A DNA stretch of 64,000 nucleotides from positions 1 through 64,000 of the forward strand of contig JAHQWJ010000152.1 of assembly GCA_029856125.1 (NCBI GenBank), read 5' to 3'. This document shows, in pieces, positions 11,070-22,200 of this stretch; the first letter of the stretch is position 1; the number at the start of each line of letters is the position of its first letter. The position numbers and the translations under genes are program-made. The notes below the pieces were generated by a model, which did not search any database, was not told the origin of the DNA, and saw only the letters and a list, made by a program, of their open reading frames with translations. The DNA comes from Promethearchaeia archaeon. GTDB taxonomy: Archaea; Asgardarchaeota; Lokiarchaeia; Sigyniarchaeales; SOKP01.

Positions 11070-11094
11070 AATCATTCTTTTTTTTTCTTTTTGA

Positions 11095-11445
11095 CTAGTC
11101 TTCTATTTTAAAGTCTTTAAGTAAACCAACTTTATTGTTAAGATCTATAGTTATGGCTAATAGTATTGTCTCTTCTGAGTCCTCAAATTCGGGATCGAGC
11201 ATTACAAAGTAAAAGATTTTGTCCTTCGTATTGTATCCCATCTCTAATTCGCCACATTCCTCTGGTAGAATTTTTAGCAGATCATCAGACGCGTTATTTT
11301 TCAATACCTCGTATATCGAATTTTCGACTTCTGATTGACTTTCTCGTATTTCTTTAATCTTTGTAAAATCAAATTGACCCATTGATTCTCCAGCTTTCAA
11401 ATTTAAATCATTCCATTTCTGAAAGAGTTCGGTTAAGTTTGACAT
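11095..11445 (-). CDS. hypothetical protein
   Basis: 116-aa ORF with plausible composition. Confidence 0.65.
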   Translation of the reverse strand: MSNLTELFQKWNDLNLKAGESMGQFDFTKIKEIRESQSEVENSIYEVLKNNASDDLLKILPEECGELEMGYNTKDKIFYFVMLDPEFEDSEETILLAITIDLNNKVGLLKDFKIED

Positions 11446-11534
11446 AATAAATCTATTTCTCAGAGATAAAATAAATGTTTTTATTATCCTAGAAATAAAA
11501 AAGAAGGTGTATTAAAAAGAAAATTGGGACATGA

Positions 11535-11804
11535 TCATTGCCGAACTATCCATATAATAAGAGCGAAGAAACCTAAAAACGCCGCAACGAATCCTATTGG
11601 TAGAATTGCCATCCAAGGAGAAAACGAACTTGAGGCGGTTTTTTTCACTTGTCCCTGCTCTAAGCGTGCTATTTTTTGTTCTAGTTCGTTAATTCTAGCG
11701 TCTTTCTCGTCAGTATTTGTGCTTTTTTCGAAGCTGAATCCACAAAAAGAGCAGAATTTCCCAGCAAATTCGATTTTAGCTCCACAATTTTGACAATAAA
11801 ACAT
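11535..11804 (-). CDS. zinc-ribbon + coiled coil + TM protein
   Basis: CQNCG...FCSFCG and C-terminal TM. Confidence 0.75.
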   Translation of the reverse strand: MFYCQNCGAKIEFAGKFCSFCGFSFEKSTNTDEKDARINELEQKIARLEQGQVKKTASSSFSPWMAILPIGFVAAFLGFFALIIWIVRQ

Positions 11805-11888
11805 GATTTTTAAGAGAACAATCTTTTAAAAATTAATAAAATATTATATTTATTAATCTTTTCAAGAATACGAAGGTTTTTTTACATT

Positions 11889-12827
11889 ATGAAATATAAT
11901 TTTGATATTAAAAAAGCGCCGTTTGCTCATACATACTCCATCGTAGCAAGAGACCCAAATACAGGAGAAATGGGAGTTGGAGTACAAAGTCATTATTTTT
12001 CAGTAGGTGGCGTTGTATCGTGGGGTGAATCAGGCGTAGGAGTTGTAGCAACTCAATCGCTTGTTAATGTATCTTTTGGATTGCGTGGACTTGAGCTTTT
12101 GAAGCAAGGAAAATCGCCGCGAGAAGCCTTAGATATATTAATTACTGCCGATGAGGGAAGGGATGTAAGACAAGTAGCAATATTAGACGCTCAAGGCAGA
12201 GTTGCTGCTCATACTGGTTCGAAATGCATTGTTCACGCAGGTCACATTGAGGGCGATAACTTTTCAGTTCAAGCTAATATGATGCTTACCGATAAAGTCT
12301 GGTCAGCAATGGCTAAAGGTTTTGAATCGAATAATAACTTACCTTTAGCTGAAAGAATCGTAAAAACAATGGAAGCTGCAGAAACTGTTGGGGGTGATAT
12401 CAGAGGAAAACAATCTGCAGCGATTTTAATTGTAGGCGGTAAAGAAGCCGAAAACAAGTGGGAAGATAAAATCATCGATTTAAGAGTTGAAGATAACGAG
12501 GAACCAGTAAAGGAACTTAAGCGGTTATTAAAACTTTATAGAGCTTACAAACACATGGATAACGGAGATTTAGCAATGGAACACGATGATATGGAGTCTG
12601 CACTTAATGAATATGATTCTGCTCTAACTATGTTCCCTGATAATCTTGAAATGAAATTTTGGACTGCGGTCACCTTGGCTAATAACAAAAAAATAAAAGA
12701 AGCATCAAATATCTTTAAAAAAGTCTTTGATAAAGACAACAATTGGCGATTACTTGCAGAAAGACTTCCCGAGAGCGAGTTACTAACCGTTTCTAAAGAT
12801 GATTTGAAAAAATTTTTGTCATTATAA
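11889..12827 (+). CDS. DUF1028 Ntn-hydrolase with C-terminal TPR
   Basis: HTYSIVARD..TGEMGVGVQS, GGDIRGKQSAA, DLRVED. Confidence 0.88.
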   Translation: MKYNFDIKKAPFAHTYSIVARDPNTGEMGVGVQSHYFSVGGVVSWGESGVGVVATQSLVNVSFGLRGLELLKQGKSPREALDILITADEGRDVRQVAILDAQGRVAAHTGSKCIVHAGHIEGDNFSVQANMMLTDKVWSAMAKGFESNNNLPLAERIVKTMEAAETVGGDIRGKQSAAILIVGGKEAENKWEDKIIDLRVEDNEEPVKELKRLLKLYRAYKHMDNGDLAMEHDDMESALNEYDSALTMFPDNLEMKFWTAVTLANNKKIKEASNIFKKVFDKDNNWRLLAERLPESELLTVSKDDLKKFLSL

Positions 12828-12829
12828 AT

Positions 12830-13333
12830 TTAATTACCATATAAGTTGTCAAAATCATTTTTATTCATTGAATATTTCATTACTTTCTCATTTTTTTGTT
12901 CAATGATTGTATCACCCATGTATTTCATCCCCGAACGTTCAGCTACTAACCATCCTTTCTTGTTATCTTGACTGACATAAGCAAACAGTGTATGTATCTT
13001 TAAAATTGAAAATGCGAATTCAATAGATTTCTTAAGAGCCTCTATTGCGTATCCATTACCCCAATATTGAGGAAATAACATAAAATAGCATTCCATTTCA
13101 CTGCTGGAATTTAAAGGTTTTAAAAAAGTAAGACCTAAAAGTTGGCTATTGACTTTGTGAGTGATTGTAAAAATGAGCGTATTCTTACGAATATTTGTAG
13201 AGAAGCTACTCTGGTTGGTATAACTCTCAAATTTTTGATGCAATTCATTACCACTTTTATAAAAATCCATCTGATTAATTTGCTTGATTACGAGTCTTTT
13301 TGTTTCTAGCGTAGTAAAGATTTCAGGATTCAA
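12830..13333 (-). CDS. GNAT acetyltransferase (RimJ/RimL-like)
   Basis: LETKRL, YWGNGYAIEA, N..G..VAERSGM. Confidence 0.85.
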   Translation of the reverse strand: MNPEIFTTLETKRLVIKQINQMDFYKSGNELHQKFESYTNQSSFSTNIRKNTLIFTITHKVNSQLLGLTFLKPLNSSSEMECYFMLFPQYWGNGYAIEALKKSIEFAFSILKIHTLFAYVSQDNKKGWLVAERSGMKYMGDTIIEQKNEKVMKYSMNKNDFDNLYGN

Positions 13334-13409
13334 TTGAGGAGAACTAATGCAGTTGTTTTTACTTTATTTATAACTCGTGAACTAATAAATATTTCCTTCT
13401 AAAGAATAA

Positions 13410-13796
13410 CTAATCAACTAATAGTTTTATTCCTTTTACGAGCTGTTGTGGGCTAATTCCGTAAAGAAATGCGGAATGAAGTGTTTTAACGTCGCTTTCG
13501 ATTTTATTAATGTCCCTGTATTGTTCTTTATAGTCCTTCGCAATCTCTTCAAGTTTTGAATATGATAACTCTTTAGAATTACTTATTTGTCCGTAATATC
13601 CTCCATAGGCTGTAAACATATTGTGCATTAACTCGATTTCTGCATCATTAAATGCTTTAACGCATTCCTCGCATACAGTTCCAAAAGTATTGCCAATTTT
13701 TTTAATCTTTACATCCAATTTGGTATCATTTCGGCAAAGAACACATTTTATATTGCTAAAAGTGGTTTTCTTTTTCGGAAATTCTGAGACAATCAT
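13410..13796 (-). CDS. zinc-finger protein, paralogue of 44571..44951
   Basis: CxxC..CxxC, F.AYGGYYGQ, YGISP. Confidence 0.75.
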   Translation of the reverse strand: MIVSEFPKKKTTFSNIKCVLCRNDTKLDVKIKKIGNTFGTVCEECVKAFNDAEIELMHNMFTAYGGYYGQISNSKELSYSKLEEIAKDYKEQYRDINKIESDVKTLHSAFLYGISPQQLVKGIKLLVD

Positions 13797-13952
13797 AAAT
13801 CTCTAATTTTTTCTGTATATTTAAAAAAAAAATTTGCTTAAGGGTAAAGTAATTTTCTTTTTAGTGGAGTAGTCAGTTAATTTCATTTTAGGAAAATGTT
13901 AGGGTTTAAAAATATAGTTGTTAATTATTTGGTGATTCTAAGTGCTTGAATT

Positions 13953-14774
13953 ATGATAATACCAAAAAAAAACGAAGCGGAGTCATTTGAACATCTTAGA
14001 ATCAAAGAACATTTCTACTCTTTCCTTCCGTTTGATAATAAAATTGATGTTATAAAGAAAGAATACCCTATCGGTGACCGTATTGCTGATGTTTATTGTA
14101 AATTAAGTAACGGTAAAGAAATAGTTGTAGAAATACAACACTCAATGATTCTTGTTAAAGATTTAATACAACGAACAAAGGAATACAACGACAATAATTG
14201 TTTTGTGTTGTGGGTATTCAACGGGAGTTCGTTTGAACGCTACCCTAAAATTGATGATAACGTAAGGATATTAAGTTTTGAAAAATGGTGTCACTTGCTA
14301 TATCGTGGTCGCGTATATTACATTAATATGACTAAATCGGGCATCCATAGCCCAGTCTATCCTGCACATTTTGCGAATAATTACGAATTAAAATACTCTA
14401 AATCAGGATTCCAGTTCTATCATAGGTCTTTAACTAAAAAAAGTTTTATTTCGTCTTTTATTCCTTCTCTAAAAATTAAAACATTTAAAAATATGGGATT
14501 TAACCTAGCCGGTTTTTATGACGATAACATAAGAAAATCTTGCTTAGCTGAAATTACACAATTTTTAAGTAAGTATAGCGTCCTTGAAAATGAAGTAAAA
14601 AAAATAAAAAAAATGAGTCGAAACCAAAAAAAGCTTTACCTAATCATAAGTATTTACGGTAATAAGTATGGATTAAATTTATTATTTAACATATTGAATT
14701 ATCTTAAAGTAGTATCAAAAAAAAATTATCGATATATGAGCGTAATTTATCAACATCTAATTAATAAAAGATAG
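13953..14774 (+). CDS. CoiA-like PD-(D/E)xK nuclease
   Basis: ES.EH..IK, EYPIGDRIADV, VEIQHS, RT..Y, VLWV. Confidence 0.8.
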   Translation: MIIPKKNEAESFEHLRIKEHFYSFLPFDNKIDVIKKEYPIGDRIADVYCKLSNGKEIVVEIQHSMILVKDLIQRTKEYNDNNCFVLWVFNGSSFERYPKIDDNVRILSFEKWCHLLYRGRVYYINMTKSGIHSPVYPAHFANNYELKYSKSGFQFYHRSLTKKSFISSFIPSLKIKTFKNMGFNLAGFYDDNIRKSCLAEITQFLSKYSVLENEVKKIKKMSRNQKKLYLIISIYGNKYGLNLLFNILNYLKVVSKKNYRYMSVIYQHLINKR

Positions 14775-14799
14775 CCAAAGATACGTTTGTATCTTGGAT

Positions 14800-15375
14800 T
14801 TAATTTACTTTTTGAAATATGTAGGCGTCGTAAAAAGAAGTTTTCTTAATTTCTAAAGATAACTTATGAGTATGGTTAAATTCTCGGGGATCAACCGCAT
14901 CTGGATGATCTGCGAATTTTTTTTCCCTTATTGTTCCAATCGCACGAAGATTTGGTTCGAAAATACAAATTTTACCTTTAGGTTTTATCACTCGTACGCT
15001 TTCATTGTAAGCTGCTTGACCGTCCTCAATGTGATGAAGAGCTCCAGAAATAAAAACGACATCAAACGATCCATCTTCAAATGGCATTTTCTCCGCATCA
15101 AAAGGAGTATAAGTAATTAAGTGATCGACTTCAACTTTTTTAGCTGATTTGAACCAATCTCTTTTAGCATATTTGGACTCGTCGCCCTCCAATTCTCCAG
15201 TTAGCACATGATAGTCATTTAATGCGAGAGCTATTGCCATTTTACCCTCGCCAGTTCCAACATCTAAAATTTTCGAGTTTTTCTCCATTTTTATTTCTTG
15301 TAGAAGAGAATCAATATTATCAAAAACAAAGCTAAATTCCCCACCTAAAAGCTTTTTAGCATCACTTTTATCCAT
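14800..15375 (-). CDS. class I SAM methyltransferase
   Basis: ILDVGTGEG, MPFEDGSFD, LHH, RVIKPKG. Confidence 0.9.
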   Translation of the reverse strand: MDKSDAKKLLGGEFSFVFDNIDSLLQEIKMEKNSKILDVGTGEGKMAIALALNDYHVLTGELEGDESKYAKRDWFKSAKKVEVDHLITYTPFDAEKMPFEDGSFDVVFISGALHHIEDGQAAYNESVRVIKPKGKICIFEPNLRAIGTIREKKFADHPDAVDPREFNHTHKLSLEIKKTSFYDAYIFQKVN

Positions 15376-15582
15376 TTTAATATAACTCCGTGGTTTAACA
15401 TTAAGAATATAATTTTTACATTAGATAGTAAAAGAGGGTAATAATAATTTCCCCCTATAATTTAGAGATGAGATACCTCTCATTGTTAACTAAGATAAGT
15501 CGAAACATTTTTTGGATTCTTTAAAAATCGTTAATTTCTGGTAGTCCTATCTTTTATTTTAAAAGAGCTGACAATATTATTT

Positions 15583-15717
15583 ATGGAAAAAACAGCGACA
15601 AAATTTAAATGGGAACAAAATATTGATACAAAGGTTTTAAACTCAATCGATGTTCCCGATTTGATTTATAGAGATCGTCTTAGATTGTTAAAGTCTAAAC
15701 ATATGAAGATTGATTAA
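15583..15717 (+). CDS. possible 44-aa small protein
   Basis: ATG 15583 to TAA 15717, TATA-like element about 25 nt upstream. Confidence 0.3.
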   Translation: MEKTATKFKWEQNIDTKVLNSIDVPDLIYRDRLRLLKSKHMKID

Positions 15718-15824
15718 AAAGAGTTTTTGTATATAGTAGTTAAAATATCATAAAAACAACTTTCTTAATTACTTAAATATTAGCGGTATATTCCCGCATT
15801 CTATCGATATTACATTATTTTATA

Positions 15825-16250
15825 TTGACAAAAAATCCGGTAGCATTTGTCATGACCGAATTTTTATTTGATTTTTTTGTCCTCGCCCAAGGAGGAAAAG
15901 TAATTTTTAGCCACTTTTCTCTGCTAAAATGTGACGATCAGCTTATTGGAGCATATTTCCACGCGATAAATTCGCTGTATAATGTTTGTTTTGAAAGAGA
16001 TATGCAAAAAGTTTCGATGAACGATTATCGACTCCATTTTAATAAAATCGAACCCTTCTTCTTTATAGGTATCTCACCTAGGAGCCTTAAAAATAAAGCT
16101 GCAAACGAACATTTTGAATCCTTATCCCAATCTTTTTACGATAAATACTGCAATAAGCTACCTCAACACTGGGAAAGTAATGTAGCCATGTTTAACGGTT
16201 TTAACTCCGGCATTGACAAACACGAAAAAGGAATTACTTTACCAAGTTAA
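15825..16250 (+). CDS. longin/roadblock-like domain protein
   Basis: FFVL..GG.VIF...DDQLIGAYFHAI pattern typical of Asgard longin-like proteins. Confidence 0.65.
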   Translation: MTKNPVAFVMTEFLFDFFVLAQGGKVIFSHFSLLKCDDQLIGAYFHAINSLYNVCFERDMQKVSMNDYRLHFNKIEPFFFIGISPRSLKNKAANEHFESLSQSFYDKYCNKLPQHWESNVAMFNGFNSGIDKHEKGITLPS

Positions 16251-16295
16251 CACTGGCAAGGTATTAATCATTCAAATTATTAAATAATTAAGAAA

Positions 16296-17810
16296 TCATT
16301 CCATAGAGATAGCAATATTGCGATCAATATTTGCATCGTACTTAATCACGAAATTCTTCCCGACTAATTCTTGATTTTCTAAGGTAAAGAGCATACCTGA
16401 TTCAGTTGCGATAATGGCAAGGGCACGGTCCCCATTTTCAAGAGAACCAACTAGAACACCTCGTTTAGGTTGCCCCGTTCGATCGTAAATAATAGAATAT
16501 CCCTCAACAGTTAGCTTACCATTCACTTTTTCAACTATATCAGGCAATTTTCTTTTTAAAATTGATTCTTGAATTTTAGAGACATCCTGAACTCCCCAAT
16601 CCATAGTAGGCGGTTTAGTTCCATAGATTCCAATCGATTGTTTTGTGTTATAGCCACCATTAGCTATAACCATTACTTTTAATGAAGGATCAGTGCGAAT
16701 TAATTCGACAGTGTTGATAATTGCATGTAACGAATAATTACTTAAGGGGGTCCCAAAGTATGGAAGTCCCCCTGTAACTGTCAACTCGCGAGGATCATCT
16801 TCTTTAATTCCAAGTTCTTTCATAAAAATCTCTACAATTGAAGGAAAACAACTATATAAGTCAAACTTGTCAATATCAGCTAGTTCTAAACCCGCTTGTT
16901 CCAAAGCAATTCGAGAACCTTCTCTAATCGCAGGAGAACTATCAAGTCTCGGACGGCGATAAATTTCATTGATATTTTTTAAATCTACCCCTCCCATTAT
17001 ATATATCCAATATTTTCTATCAATATTTAGTAATTCAGCAATTTCTTCACTAGCAACTATAATTGTTCCAGCTTGATCAACGAAATTGTTAGCACACATG
17101 CGTTTAGTATATGGATGGACAACACGACGATTCTTAGGAGAGGGAGTTGTAATTTCATCAGCACTAAAAAGTTTTTGAGTCCAGCTTAAAGGATTTTTTG
17201 AAGCTACCTTAGAAAATCGTTCCAAAAGGGCTCCCATGTATTTTCTATGTTCCTCAATAGTACGTCCAGATGATGATCTTAGGGCAGTTTCGAAGATTGC
17301 GTAAGTAAGGGACGGAAAATGGAGCCCATACTTCCTATCAATGTCGGGGATGTCCCAATTCCCCCCATTTAAATATTTTGAAGGCTTATTTTTAGGCCAA
17401 TGCTTAGGACGCTTCCCTTTGAATAATTTATTAATAGAATAAGCTGCTTCTCCACCCGTAATAAGAACGCAACGGTGCTCTCCAGAAGCGATAGCTTTTG
17501 CAGCTCGATTAACTAACATCTGAGGACTATGGCCACCATCAGGTAAATATATTTTTTCTTTAGGTGTGATATTGAGTTTTTTACTAAGCTCGCCCGGAGC
17601 GTCTTCATATGACCAAGAACTGATATTTACCATGTAAACAGCATCAATAAAATCGACAATCTTTTTGTTTTGTGTATTTTTTATTGCTTCCTGACCAGTT
17701 TTGACCATTAAACTGAGAGAATCGAGAGGTTGAGGCGTACCTTTACGTTGAGTAAACTGTGCGGCTCCAACTATAATTGGAATATGATTTTTCCCCATGA
17801 TAAGTAGCAA
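16296..17810 (-). CDS. thiolase-like acetyl-CoA acetyltransferase family protein
   Basis: VDQAG, FDLYSCFP, LTVTGGLPYFG, ANGG motifs. Confidence 0.85.
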   Translation of the reverse strand: MLLIMGKNHIPIIVGAAQFTQRKGTPQPLDSLSLMVKTGQEAIKNTQNKKIVDFIDAVYMVNISSWSYEDAPGELSKKLNITPKEKIYLPDGGHSPQMLVNRAAKAIASGEHRCVLITGGEAAYSINKLFKGKRPKHWPKNKPSKYLNGGNWDIPDIDRKYGLHFPSLTYAIFETALRSSSGRTIEEHRKYMGALLERFSKVASKNPLSWTQKLFSADEITTPSPKNRRVVHPYTKRMCANNFVDQAGTIIVASEEIAELLNIDRKYWIYIMGGVDLKNINEIYRRPRLDSSPAIREGSRIALEQAGLELADIDKFDLYSCFPSIVEIFMKELGIKEDDPRELTVTGGLPYFGTPLSNYSLHAIINTVELIRTDPSLKVMVIANGGYNTKQSIGIYGTKPPTMDWGVQDVSKIQESILKRKLPDIVEKVNGKLTVEGYSIIYDRTGQPKRGVLVGSLENGDRALAIIATESGMLFTLENQELVGKNFVIKYDANIDRNIAISME

Positions 17811-17967
17811 TCGTCCTAATGATAAAGTAAATTTCTTAATTCTATTAAAAATTCGTTAATTTCAATTGTAAATCAAAACAAAAAGAAATCTCATTTTTTT
17901 TTTATATATCTTCTTGGATTGAACACTGTAACATAATTAAATCTCAGTATAAAACAGATGATTATTA

Positions 17968-18828
17968 ATGTTTGTCAATCAAAAAATGGACACATGGTCT
18001 CAACCGTATTGGGAGCATGTAATTAGGAATATTGGACCCATTACCTTCGAAGAACAGGAACTAATCAGAACTTCGCGCGTCGCAGTGCTCGGAGTAGGCG
18101 GTTTAGGTGGACCACTCGCAGAGAATCTTGTTAGAGCAGGCTGTCAAAACTTAGTTATTTGCGACTTTGATGTATTCGACGAATCAAACCTAAATCGGCA
18201 AATTTGCACTACTGAAGACCTTGGTAAGAGAAAAATCGACATCGTAGAAGTTTTTTTACAGAAGATCGATCCTGAAATAGAAGTCAGAAAATTTTTTAAA
18301 ATAACCCAACAAAACATTGATGAGCTTCTTAAAGGTGTAAAAGTGATCGCGCTTACTTTGGACGATCCTGCTACCTCGATCTTTATCGCCCGAGAAGCTC
18401 GAAAGCGGGGAATCACCATGATCGAGTCCTGGGGCGTGCCGTTTTTGTTTACTTGGTGGTTTACTCCCGACAGCATTGATTACGAGAGATGTTATGGCCT
18501 CGAGACAAAGAAGTTCAATTACTTCGAATTGTCCAACCTTAAAAAGGAGATAAACCTCGCCACCTATCAAGCGTTGTTACCAAAAGTATTTACGATGCCA
18601 GGAGTCAGAGAAAAATACGATAGAGAACCAGGAGCGTTCGAAGAAATGATGAATGGTTCGATTGGTGCACGATCCTTTGCGCCTTTCGTAAGAATCACTG
18701 CTGATTTACTTTCTGTAGACGTGATTTTTTCTGGTATTCTCGGAATAAAGCCAAAGAACTTAGCTCCTCACTTGAAAGGGTTTGATTACATTAACATGGA
18801 AGTACGAGAAGCTAATTTAATAATTTAG
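17968..18828 (+). CDS. ThiF/MoeB/HesA family adenylyltransferase
   Basis: VLGVGGLG, DFDVFDESNLNRQ; no CxxC zinc site. Confidence 0.88.
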   Translation: MFVNQKMDTWSQPYWEHVIRNIGPITFEEQELIRTSRVAVLGVGGLGGPLAENLVRAGCQNLVICDFDVFDESNLNRQICTTEDLGKRKIDIVEVFLQKIDPEIEVRKFFKITQQNIDELLKGVKVIALTLDDPATSIFIAREARKRGITMIESWGVPFLFTWWFTPDSIDYERCYGLETKKFNYFELSNLKKEINLATYQALLPKVFTMPGVREKYDREPGAFEEMMNGSIGARSFAPFVRITADLLSVDVIFSGILGIKPKNLAPHLKGFDYINMEVREANLII

Positions 18829-18848
18829 AACTAATTTTTTCTTTTTTT

Positions 18849-19250
18849 TTAGTCTCTATTCAAATCTTCGCCATCAACAGATCTCTTATTCTTAACATTT
18901 AACACAAAACCATTAATTCTTTCCGCTACTGTTTCTAGTAATTTGTTCTTCTCTAAAATTTCCTCCCTTAGTTGAGATTCTACTTTAGTTGGTGAGGAAG
19001 TTTGCTGAGTGTTTCTTAGGGTTTGCATTAGTTTTTTAGACCTTTTTTCCGCAAAGAAAAAGCCAAAATCCGTTATTTCTTCGACCATACGACCTCGACA
19101 TAGAAGTAACAAGTGCTTTAATTCTTTTCCACCGATTTTTCCCTCTGTAAAGTTTCTTATCGCAATCTTGAGCTCTTCTAATTCATCATCATTGAAGATT
19201 ATTTTTTCTACTACCTGTTCAAAGTTTGCTAGCTCTTGACTCTTTTCCAT
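18849..19250 (-). CDS. small helical/coiled-coil protein, last gene of the ATPase operon
   Basis: Start overlaps the ATPase stop (TAATG). Confidence 0.7.
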   Translation of the reverse strand: MEKSQELANFEQVVEKIIFNDDELEELKIAIRNFTEGKIGGKELKHLLLLCRGRMVEEITDFGFFFAEKRSKKLMQTLRNTQQTSSPTKVESQLREEILEKNKLLETVAERINGFVLNVKNKRSVDGEDLNRD

Positions 19251-22200
19251 TAAATCCCCCCCAAATCACCCTCAATGTATTGTCTGAAACCATCAAATAT
19301 CGTGGAATACATTTCGAAGGCATTTTTACAAGTTTCAGCTACATTAGCCTGGTCTCTTACTTCAATCTTTTCACATGAAGTTAAAAATTGCTTTAGATCA
19401 TCCGCTGTAAACGGAAACCCTTCGAATTTACCCAAATTTCCTATAAATTTACTAATATCTTCTGATGTTATAGCATAATTCACGCTGTAATATTCTTTGT
19501 AAACGCTGTGTAAAAATTTAGGGAATAAATCCCGGGCAGTCTTTATCACTTTCTCGTATTTTTTGTGGTTTAAGTTTTTGTGCATCGTAAAATATTCGTA
19601 ATATAGAATAGGAGCAAAATTTTTAGAGAGGGCACTTCTCAAATTAATAGGATTCAGTGACTCTTCTAGAGGAAGTTGGGTAGATTCCAGTTCCACCGGT
19701 TCGTAAGTGATGATCGAACTATCTCGGGAATCGTAATAGTCTTTTAAAACTCTTTGGTAATGTGGTCCGACCGCAAAAGAAGTTTGCATGGACTCCGAAC
19801 CGCTAGCTCTTCGGGGGTGAGTTTCTGTTAAATATTGTTTACTTACTAAAATACCAAAAACTTTGTCAATAATATCTTTCTCTCTCTGCTTTTCTTTAGT
19901 AATTTTTACTATGTAAGGTTTCAACACTTCTTGAAGTTCTTCTCTCACTTTTTTTTTGTAAAGATTACCTACTTTATCAACCGCTTGGATGTTGTTTAAA
20001 AATTTAATGATCCCTTCTATTAAATCGCTATAACCGGCAAAATCGCTTTCAAACAAGGTAGCTTGTGCCCTTTTCATAATTTTATTCTTGGTTGTTTCTA
20101 AATCGTAGCCTTGCTTTTCCATGTAGCTCACGATCTCTTTCCATGATAAAGGTTTAGCTAGCTGTAATTCTTCGAAGTCAAGTTGTACAGGGAAAGATTG
20201 GTATATGTCCTCTCGTTTCACCACCGCCTGGTTTTGTTTCATCGCTCCGATGTATCTCGTCTGATATCCTTCGTTCCTCCGACTGCTATAGTAGCCGACC
20301 CCGTGCAGGTTCTCTAAATTCATCTGTCCGTTGAGCACTGCCACATCTCTTTTATCGGATGTTCGAAAAGTTACAATGTTATTGATGTAATTAAACACAT
20401 TCGGGTGTAAATACCTTATTTGAGAAGCAGAAGTTAATGTTCCAAACCCTTTATCAACTAATGGCGAAAAAAACTTGTCGATCTTGCCATATTGAATTTT
20501 TTTGTCTAAGAAAAAACCGTCAAAAACTACGTCAATGTGTGGTATTACAATAAATTTTGGAGTAAACTCTTCTCCAATCTTCAAGTAGTGAATCATTTTA
20601 GACAATACCACAAACGCAAAAAAGCACTGTTTGTCGTAATCTCTTACTTCTGAGAGGTCTATAATCACTGTTTTGTCGTTCGTTATGAACTCGTGCGCTT
20701 GCGCAGAGTTTAGTGTTTGAGGTTGTTGACGTTGAATAAACGAAGACTCTTGTGGAGTGAACTCCTTAAAAAAGGATAATAATGTTTCCGTGATTGAAGA
20801 TTTCTCCCAGTCTCGTTGCGATGTTAAATCTAACACGAGCGTAGAAATGTCAATGTCGGGATTTCGAAGTATGGTGTTTTTAAAGGTTTCAATGGTCCGT
20901 TCATCTTTCTTAAAACACAACGCGTACGCGTCAAACATATAGTCTAAATAGGCAGGATTGTTTTTATCGTAGGGTATTTCCGAACGAAGCGGATTGATCA
21001 CGATAGTTTTTCCTAATTTGTGGTAGATAAACTGATTTTCGTAGATAGAGCCTTGAAATATTTTTATAATCTTTGACCAATTACCCGTAAAATCGAACAC
21101 TACCGAAGGATAACCTGCTCTAACCAGTTCTACTACGATTTTCTGCGTTAGGAATTCTCGGCTAGAATTTGTACCGTTAGTGACTATTAAATTACGTACT
21201 TGGTCAAATAAAAAACCTGCAGGCGCCTCGTTTTCTAAATATTCTGTATTAATAGTGGAGCCAACAGTAATCTCGTTTTTTAATTGTAAGGGTGTATTGA
21301 ATTCTGCTGCTAACTGCGTTTCTATTCCTTTTTTAAATAGATTGGAAATCGTGGTTAAAATTCCTAAAGTTTTCCCTTGAAACAGCAAATAATTAAGATG
21401 CGTACCGTTCCTTCTGAAAAATTTGTTCTTGAGAGTTTCAAATATTAATCCTGATTCTAGTAAATTGTTCCTCAACGGTTTTATCATATAATTCATAAAA
21501 TTATTCCCAAACGCAGCTTCTAAAACGGTGAATTGCTGTACTAATCGTCTTTCGATTGCGTCCATAGTTTCGTATGTGAACGAGGGCGAGTTAGATACGA
21601 CCGAAGTAGAATAGGTAGCAATCGCGCTCCAGATACCTGCCTTTTGCTTGAGCCAATTTTCACGTTGTACAGGAATCTTTCTGCGTTCTAATAAGTAAAA
21701 TTTTTCTATTTCTGTTAAATATTCAAATCCTTCCTCGTCAAATTTTTCGAAGTTTAAGGGTCCTAACTGGAAAGTAACCGTAAATGGCATCCCTTCTTTA
21801 ATTAGAGATTCGTAAAACTTATCGGGATTACAATATGGTGGCGGACTACAAAAATAGAGGTTTGCCATTTTAATCCCTCCAGTGCTTTTTCCTTCTATCT
21901 GGTAAAAAATGATTTCAGGCGTTTTTCTAGACTTGAAAAACTCTATATTATCAAAAGGATCAATTACGCTAATCTCTTTAGATTTGAAAAGTTTACCTTT
22001 CGACAACTGAAAGAACAATTCCTGCCACCATACGATTAATAAGAAAAAAATAATTCCGATATTGAGTAAAAACCTATAAATTAAAGGTAAATTGAAAAAC
22101 AATAGCGATAAATCTAATAATATTACTAACGCAACGATGTAACTCGCTTTTGCAATAGAAGCGCTTAATTTAGGGCGTACGGTTTTACATGTGACTATTT

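Noticed and set aside
17968-18828. Ubiquitin-like E1 system
   Set aside because: No adjacent ubiquitin, E2 or JAB genes; it looks like a stand-alone ThiF/HesA enzyme convergent on the ATPase operon
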